A stretch of 64,000 nt of DNA from an uncultured Candidatus Rokubacteria bacterium (GTDB lineage Bacteria > Methylomirabilota > Methylomirabilia > Rokubacteriales > CSP1-6): NCBI GenBank assembly GCA_963771355.1, contig CAVYTA010000003.1, positions 32,529 through 96,528 of the forward strand. The letters are read 5' to 3'. The position numbers and the translations under genes were made by a program. This document shows positions 58,052-64,000 of this stretch, piece after piece (positions within the stretch are counted from its first letter, which is position 1; every line of letters begins with the position of its first letter). The notes below the pieces were generated by a model. The model searched no databases and was not told the origin of the DNA. It worked only from the letters and a program-made list of their open reading frames with translations.

Positions 58052-58407
58052 GGGGGCGACTGGTTTCGACGGGGATCAGTGAAGCGCAGGCGGCATCTCG
58101 AGGTTGCTCTCTCCTCGTAAATCCGAGGGCACCGTACTAGCTGCCAACAATCAGCTAGCCCTGGCGGCCTAACACCCGCTAGCGTCTGCCGGATCGAGTC
58201 ATCAGGGTCCGGGCACAGACGTCATATTCTGGTGACTGGCTCCAAGCCCTGCTCCGGGGTGAGGGGCGAGATATTCAGGAGCTGGCTGCTCGAGAAGCCC
58301 GCCGGTTGGCGGCGAGAGCGGCGAGAGCTGAAGAAAACCGGCTAAAGATGTAGATGCCTGCCGCCGAGGATTTCCGGACGTGGGTTCGATGCCCACCGCC
58401 TCCACCA
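58052..58407 (+). ncRNA. ssrA: tmRNA; tag reading frame 58143-58172 encodes ANNQLALAA*
   Basis: 5' GGGGGCGA..GGTTTCGAC pairs with 3' GGTTCGATGCCCACCGCCTCCACCA (G3-U70 Ala identity); located next to smpB; tag ends in LAA. Confidence 0.96.
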
Positions 58408-58413
58408 TTTTAG

Positions 58414-58460
58414 AACCGCCCTGCCGGGCCTGGATCAGCTCCAGCCCGGCAGGGCGGTTT
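58414..58460 (+). terminator. Hairpin terminator after tmRNA
   Basis: AACCGCCCTGCCGGGC...GCCCGGCAGGGCGGTTT long inverted repeat. Confidence 0.7.
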
Positions 58461-58601
58461 CGCGTACGGGGCCGCCGTCTGTGCTCGCGCGGGCCTTGAC
58501 GACGGCTGGCGGCTTCCCGCCGCCGATGTCGGTCTCATGCGCGCGCTCGCTGATCTGGAAGGACGCCGGCACGCCCCCTGGAGGGCCGCCCGCTGCCGCG
58601 C

Positions 58602-59624
58602 TTACCCTCGGGGGGCCGGGGGGGCGGACTTGCGTGGGTCGGCGTCGACCGGCGCGCGCTCGGTCTGGTAGCTGGCGAAGAGATCGTAGAGCTCGAGCGG
58701 ATGCCGGACGGGGCCGTGGTCCTTCACGCGCGCGGGCTGGATGAGGAAGGTATGGAGCTCCTCGGGTGAGGGGCCGGCATGCGCGCCGATCTCGGGCACG
58801 TACGAGACACTCCCGCCCGGGGCACCGTTCCCGTAGATGACGAGGTCGCCCGCGCTCCGCATCGCCATGAGGTCCCCGATGCCGCGCAGCACCGCCTCGC
58901 GGTCGGGCCGGTCAGCAAAGGGCCCCGCCTCGCCCTTGCCCAGCCGATGCACCTCTCCGCGCCAGTAGACAACGGGCCCCTCGGGGGAGCGCGCGAGGAC
59001 GAAGCCCACCCCCGATACCTTGGCCACCGCGGTGGCGAAGCCCGGTCGACGGCGCTCGATCTCCTCGGCGTCGAGTGGCTCGGGGCTGTCGAGGAAGTAG
59101 ATGAAGGCATTCGGGCCGGCCGACACCACGCGGATGCCGTCGCGCTGATATGCTTCGCGTCCCCCGCTCTCCGCGTAGATCGAGTCCGTGTCGGGGGCAG
59201 CGGGAAGGGTGTCCGGCTTGGGCCGCCTGATGCCATAGGTCTGGAGCCCGTGGCGATAGGACGGCTCGCGCTCGACCTTCGCCGCCGGGGCGGTCGGACG
59301 GCCGACCAGCTCCTCGATCAGCACGCGCTCGAACGGCTGGCCCCCGCTCAGGGCGCGGAAGTCGACGCAGGTGGTCTGCCCGTGATCGGCGAGCACGTAC
59401 AGATCGTAGCGGTGCCCGGCGACGTCGGTCTCCTCCTCCGTGACTTCGGGGACCGTTTCGGTGCCAGTGCCGGTGCTGGTATCGGTGCCGGCGTCCGGTG
59501 TCGGTGCGGCGGTCTCGTTCGTCGCTTCGACGATCGCCTCGTCGCCGGTGACATCGGTGGCGTCTTGCGCCCAGACCGCCGGCGCCCCAAGCGCAAGCAC
59601 AATCAGTACAATTGATCGCTGCAT
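58602..59624 (-). CDS. Chimeric ORF: signal peptide plus acidic T/E-rich N-terminus fused to the C-terminal half of an alkaline-phosphatase-superfamily protein
   Basis: After about residue 68 the sequence reads RYDLYVLADHGQ (SDHG-type metal motif)...GAHAG; the N-terminal catalytic half is missing. Confidence 0.55.
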   Translation of the reverse strand: MQRSIVLIVLALGAPAVWAQDATDVTGDEAIVEATNETAAPTPDAGTDTSTGTGTETVPEVTEEETDVAGHRYDLYVLADHGQTTCVDFRALSGGQPFERVLIEELVGRPTAPAAKVEREPSYRHGLQTYGIRRPKPDTLPAAPDTDSIYAESGGREAYQRDGIRVVSAGPNAFIYFLDSPEPLDAEEIERRRPGFATAVAKVSGVGFVLARSPEGPVVYWRGEVHRLGKGEAGPFADRPDREAVLRGIGDLMAMRSAGDLVIYGNGAPGGSVSYVPEIGAHAGPSPEELHTFLIQPARVKDHGPVRHPLELYDLFASYQTERAPVDADPRKSAPPAPRG

Positions 59625-60104
59625 GGAAGTCCCACCCTTTCCAGGCGGGCATCATCGATGGGGACTGCGCCACCTCAATCGACGGCATGATCCCCTCGCC
59701 CGCCGAAAGAGCACACGGGCAAACCGTTAACATCGGGCATCCACGGCCCCAGCGCAGGTCAGGCAGGGTTAACCGGCCTCGCGATCAGTTCGGTCGCGCC
59801 GGGCTCCGGCGTCGGTCTCAAGGCGCCATAGTCCACGTCGCCACATCTGCAGGGCATCGTTCTTCCGACCGAGGCAGCGTTCCAGCGCGGGACGCGGTCA
59901 GGAGGTGCCGCGTCCGGAGACGCAACGTCCAACCATCGTTGGCTGCGCAATGCACGTTGGATTTGGTCGCGAGCAGCAAGGGAATGACCTTCTCTTGAAG
60001 GACATTTTTAAGCATGATTACCAAAACCTAGTGGCTCAACATCGAATTGTTACCATCCATTAAACAGAATCGCGAAAACTGAGCCCGGGTTTGAGGGTCA
60101 GAGC

Positions 60105-61349
60105 ATGCAAAGACGAGCAATTCTGGAACTTTGGTCGGACCGCACCGGCGCCGCCGCTGTCATGATGGCGGTCACGCTGCCGGTGTTCGTCGGCGGGCTC
60201 GGCATGGGCGCCGAGGTGGGCTACTGGTATTTCGGCCAGCGAAAGGTCCAGAACAGCGCCGACGTCGCGGCCTACGCCGGCGCGGTCGCGCTTCGCGCCG
60301 GCGACGACGGCTCGACGATCGAAGCTTTTCGCGCTCGAGGCGGCCGAGAAGACCGGCTACGAGGCCTCCCGCGGGATGATCTCCGCGGTGACGCCGCCAA
60401 CCTCCGGTGCCTACGCCGGCGACGCCAATGCGGTCGAGGTGAACGTGCAGGAGGACCTGCCGCGGATGTTCACCGCGCTGTTCGCCGACGGCGACGTCGA
60501 GGTCGCCGGGCGCGCGGTGGCGCTGGTCGGGGCCGGCCAGCAGACCTGCGTGCTGGCGCTCGACGACACCGCCTCGGGCGCCGTCACCTTCACCGGCTCG
60601 ACCGGCGCGATCCTCGTCGGCTGCAACGTCCACGCCAACTCGCTGTCCGAAACCGGCGTCGTCGTCAGCGGCTCGGCCGAGGTGGAGACGCCCTGCCTCT
60701 CGTCTTCCGGCGGCGTGTCGGTGACCGAAGGCCTGACGCTGACCGAATGCGCCGTCCCCTACATCAACGCCGACCAGGCCCCCGATCCCTATGCCGACCT
60801 GCCGGTGCCCGACACCAGCCAGCCTGCAACGACGCCGAACGTCTTCGGCGGCGGGGCCGGCGCGACCTACGACATCACCCCCGGACGCTATCAAGGCATG
60901 GACATCCGGCGGACCGTCAACATGGCGCCGGGGGTCTATGTCATCGACGGCGGATCGCTCAGCGTGAACTCCACCGCCACGGTCAATGGCAGCGGCGTCA
61001 CCTTCTATCTCACCAACGGAGCGACGCTGTCGATGAACGGCGGCGCCAACGTCGACCTGAGCGCGCCAACCGCGGGCACCTACTCCGGCGTGCTGGTGTT
61101 CGTGGACCGCGACGAGCCCTTCAACGACTACACCGTCAACGGCAACTCCGGCTCCACGGTGAACGGAGCGATCTACGCGGCCAACGGCCACGTGCGGATG
61201 AACGGCAGCAGCACCTTCGGCGGCGGCTGCACCCAGATCGTCGCCCGGACCATCGAGTTCAGCGGCAGCGCCGGGCATCGGCGTCGACTGCACCGGGTCC
61301 GGGCGTCCGCGACATCCGCTCGTCGCGGCTGGTCACGCTGGTCGAGTAG
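60105..61349 (+). pseudogene. TadG-like pilus assembly protein, frameshifted
   Basis: Prepilin-like GAAAVMMAV..QNSADVAAYAGA. Removing one base in each of three homopolymers (60326-60329, ~61274, ~61302) gives one continuous ORF ending ...VDCTGSGVRDIRSSRLVTLVE*. Confidence 0.75.
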
Positions 61350-61359
61350 GGGAACGGGC

Positions 61360-61790
61360 ATGCGGACCGTTCAGCCTCGCTGCAGGCGCCTGCGCGCAGA
61401 CGCGCGCGGCGTGGCCGCCATCGAGTTCGCGATCGGCGCGCCGGTGCTGATCCTCGGGCGTCCTCGCGATGGTCGACACCGGCATGTCGGCGGCGACGCG
61501 CATGGAGCTCGACCGAAACGTGCGCTCCGGCGCCCAGGCGGCGATGTCGCTCAACAACGACCCGGATGCGATCCGCACGATCGTGCTCGCGTCGTCGGGC
61601 GACCTCGCCGATGTCGCCGTCGACGTCGCGATGGTCTGCGCGTGCGGCGAAGAGGCCGCATCCTGCACCGTGCCGTGCGACTCCGGGGAGGCACCCTCGG
61701 TCTACTTCGACATTGCCGCCAGCGCCCGTTCGAGGGCATCCTGCGTCGACCGCGTCGTTGCACTCGCAGACCCGTGTCCAGATCCGCTGA
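61360..61790 (+). pseudogene. TadE-like pseudopilin, frameshifted
   Basis: RGVAAIEFA motif; extra G at ~61456 and further shifts near 61725-61745. Confidence 0.7.
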
Positions 61791-62203
61791 TCACCGACCG
61801 GCTGCGCGGGTCATCGCGGCGTTTCGTCGCCGACGAGCGCGGCGTTTCGTCGATTGAGTTCGCCGTCGTCATCGGGCTGCTGGCGATCATCGTCCTGGCC
61901 TCGCTCGACTTCGGACGGACGCTGGCCGCTCGCAACGAGATGAGCCACGCGCTGAGCCGCGCCACGCGCGCGGTCAACCTCAATCCCGAGACGACGCCCG
62001 AGGAGGTGCAGGCGCTGCTCGAGAGCGCCCTCGCCGAATATCGATGGCACCGATCTCGAGGTGGCAGATCGACGAGATCGACGGGCACGAGCTACATGCG
62101 GGTTTCGGTCAGCTTCCCATTCCACAGCAGCATGCCGTTCCGAGAGGCCGAGACGATCCTGAACGGTCTCGACGCTTGCGCCGATGGTGTCTCCGACCCT
62201 CTA
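61787..62203 (+). pseudogene. Second TadE-like pseudopilin, frameshifted (ends approximate)
   Basis: DERGVSSIEFAVV...LDFGR motif; frame disruptions near 62040-62085 and ~62160. Confidence 0.65.
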
Positions 62204-62474
62204 GCGACGGCTACACGCGGCCATTTCTCCGCTCAGCCTCACATTGGCGCAGGCTGCTGGTCGGCTCTGCCCACAACGTGGGCTCCACCCGGCATCCACT
62301 GCGCCGCTGGTGGACGCAGGACGGGCCGAGTGGGCGCTTGGGCGGCTGCTGCTCGTGCCCTCCGCACAAGCAGAAACACGCCGATCACACTGCGAGTGAA
62401 CATCCGGCTTGCGAAAGGTCCTGGAGCGTGGCATCTGCCCGGCGAGCAGTGTACTCAAAAAAGTGACAATTTAA

Positions 62475-63859
62475 ATGCAATACAGTGCATTCCTGTTCTT
62501 GTACCCGCTGTCAGCGTTTGTGTTACTTCGTGTTCATGGCGAGGGCGGCGCGGAGCAGCCTGCGTTCACGACGTTCGAGATTTTCATGTTGGTCTTGTTC
62601 GCGCCGCTGATGCTCAAGTTCGTGGTCGGCTTGTCGATCGCCTTGTGGCACCCGATTGTCGAACAGCGGCGGGCGCGAAGAAGGAGCGCCAACGCGGCCC
62701 CCAAGGTCTCGGTCCTCATTCCCGCCTGGAACGAGGAAGTGGGCATCGCCGCGGCGATGCTTTCCGTCGTGCAGGCAGATTATCCGGACCTTGAGCTGAT
62801 CGTGATCGACGATGGGTCGACCGACGGCACCTATGAGCAGATCAAGCAGGTTGCGGCCCGCTTTCGGGGCGATCGGCAGTTTGGCCACCGCGACATCCGG
62901 TTCCGACGCGTCCGAAATGGGGGTAAGGCGCGCGCGCTGAACACCGCGCTGAAGCTTGCCACCGGCGAGATCGTCGTGACCATCGATGCGGACAGCCTTG
63001 TCGAGCGGCAGGCCATCGGGAATCTCGTCAAGCATTTCGCGATCCGAAGGTGGCTTCCGTGGCCGGCAATGTCGCCATCGGCAATCGCAACAGCTGTATC
63101 GGCCTCATGCAGCAACTGGAGTATCTGTTCGGATTCTATTTCAAGCGGGCCGACGGCATGCTGAACGCCGTTTATATCGTCGGCGGTGCGGCGGCCGCAT
63201 ACCGTCGCTCGATCCTCGTCGAGGCCGGTGGGTTCGACGAGACCATCATTACCGAGGACATCGAGCTGTCGACCCGGCTGCAAGCGCTTGGCTTCAAGGT
63301 GCGCTATGCCCCGGATGCAACGATCTTTACCGAGGGACCAAGCGACTTCAGGTCCCTGTGCTTGCAGAGGCTGCGCTGGAAGTATGGGCGGATACTGACT
63401 TTCCTCAAATTCCGACGCCTATTTTTCAGCCTCGACCGGGATCACAACAAGTTCCTGACGCTTTTCGTCCTGCCGGTCACCTTGTACTGCGAGGCATTGT
63501 TGATATTTGCGCCATTTCTTCTGATCGCCTTTTACGCCTATGCGCTAACGGCAGGCGGGTTGAATGCGTTGACCTACGTCGTCGTGTCCGGCGCGATCGT
63601 GACCCTGCTTCAGATCGCGTCCGATCGGAACTCGCGATATCACTGCAACCTCCTGGTCCTGGCGCCCGTCGCCTGGGCCGTCTTCTATTTCGTCGATGCC
63701 ATCGAGTACCAGGCGCTGATCCGCAGCCTCTATCGGCTTGCCATCAAGCGGGGGCCGTCGTGGCAACGGTGGCAACGGCGAGGCGTGTTCGGTGATAAGC
63801 AGATCAATTCGCCGCAGGTCACCGCCTCCAGAAGACGTCCCAAATTGCGGCGGGCATAG
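62475..63859 (+). pseudogene. Processive GT2 glycosyltransferase (PgaC/IcaA-like) split by one frameshift
   Basis: IPAWNEE, DDGSTD, GKARALN, DAD in the first ORF; TED and QRLRW in the second. Restoring one base near 63040 joins them (KHFADPKVASVAGN). Confidence 0.8.
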
Positions 63860-64000
63860 CCCGATGCCCTTCGGAACGCTTGGCCGAATATACACAAATG
63901 GTGCGCGCGCCCATCAGATGTAGTGCTGCGCGATACGGCGAAACTGGTCATTGATCGACACTAACCAACGACCACCATCAGTCCGGTGAGCAACGTCAGG

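Noticed and set aside
58408..64000. att duplication of the tmRNA or tRNA-Leu 3' end marking a second island
   Set aside because: No repeat of either 3' end and no integrase were found within the window.

Overview
This is high-GC bacterial chromosomal DNA spanning the replication origin. The core reads leftward as dnaA-dnaN-recF-gyrB-gyrA-serS and rightward as rpmH-rnpA-yidD-yidC-rsmG-parS/parA/parB-mnmA-atpFHAGDC. The gene repertoire suggests a Rokubacteria/Methylomirabilota-like soil organism; this is an inference, not a database result. Left of serS lies an RNA-gene tract containing all four tRNA-Ser isoacceptors, tRNA-Arg(ACG), tadA, a large (Alu-type) SRP RNA, dnaX-ybaB-recR and tRNA-Asn. 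A ~15.8 kb integrase-less island sits in the 3' end of tRNA-Arg(ACG), with a 47-bp att duplication at 5941-5987 vs 21765-21811. Its cargo looks like a stress/dormancy set: an HPF-cold-shock fusion, small basic DNA-binding-like proteins, a trehalose synthase with an apparent export signal plus a sugar MFS, a SUF operon, an APH-AAA kinase and a deletion-riddled copy of that kinase. Other candidate systems are an ECF sigma/ZAS anti-sigma/di-haem lipoprotein trio and a receiver/HD-GYP/catalytically dead CPBP/histidine kinase operon. After smpB-tmRNA, the sequence switches abruptly at ~59.42 kb into Tad-pilin and glycosyltransferase genes full of single-base frameshifts, probably a chimeric or low-quality contig end. 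All calls come from reading the sequence and recognising motifs; no searches were run.
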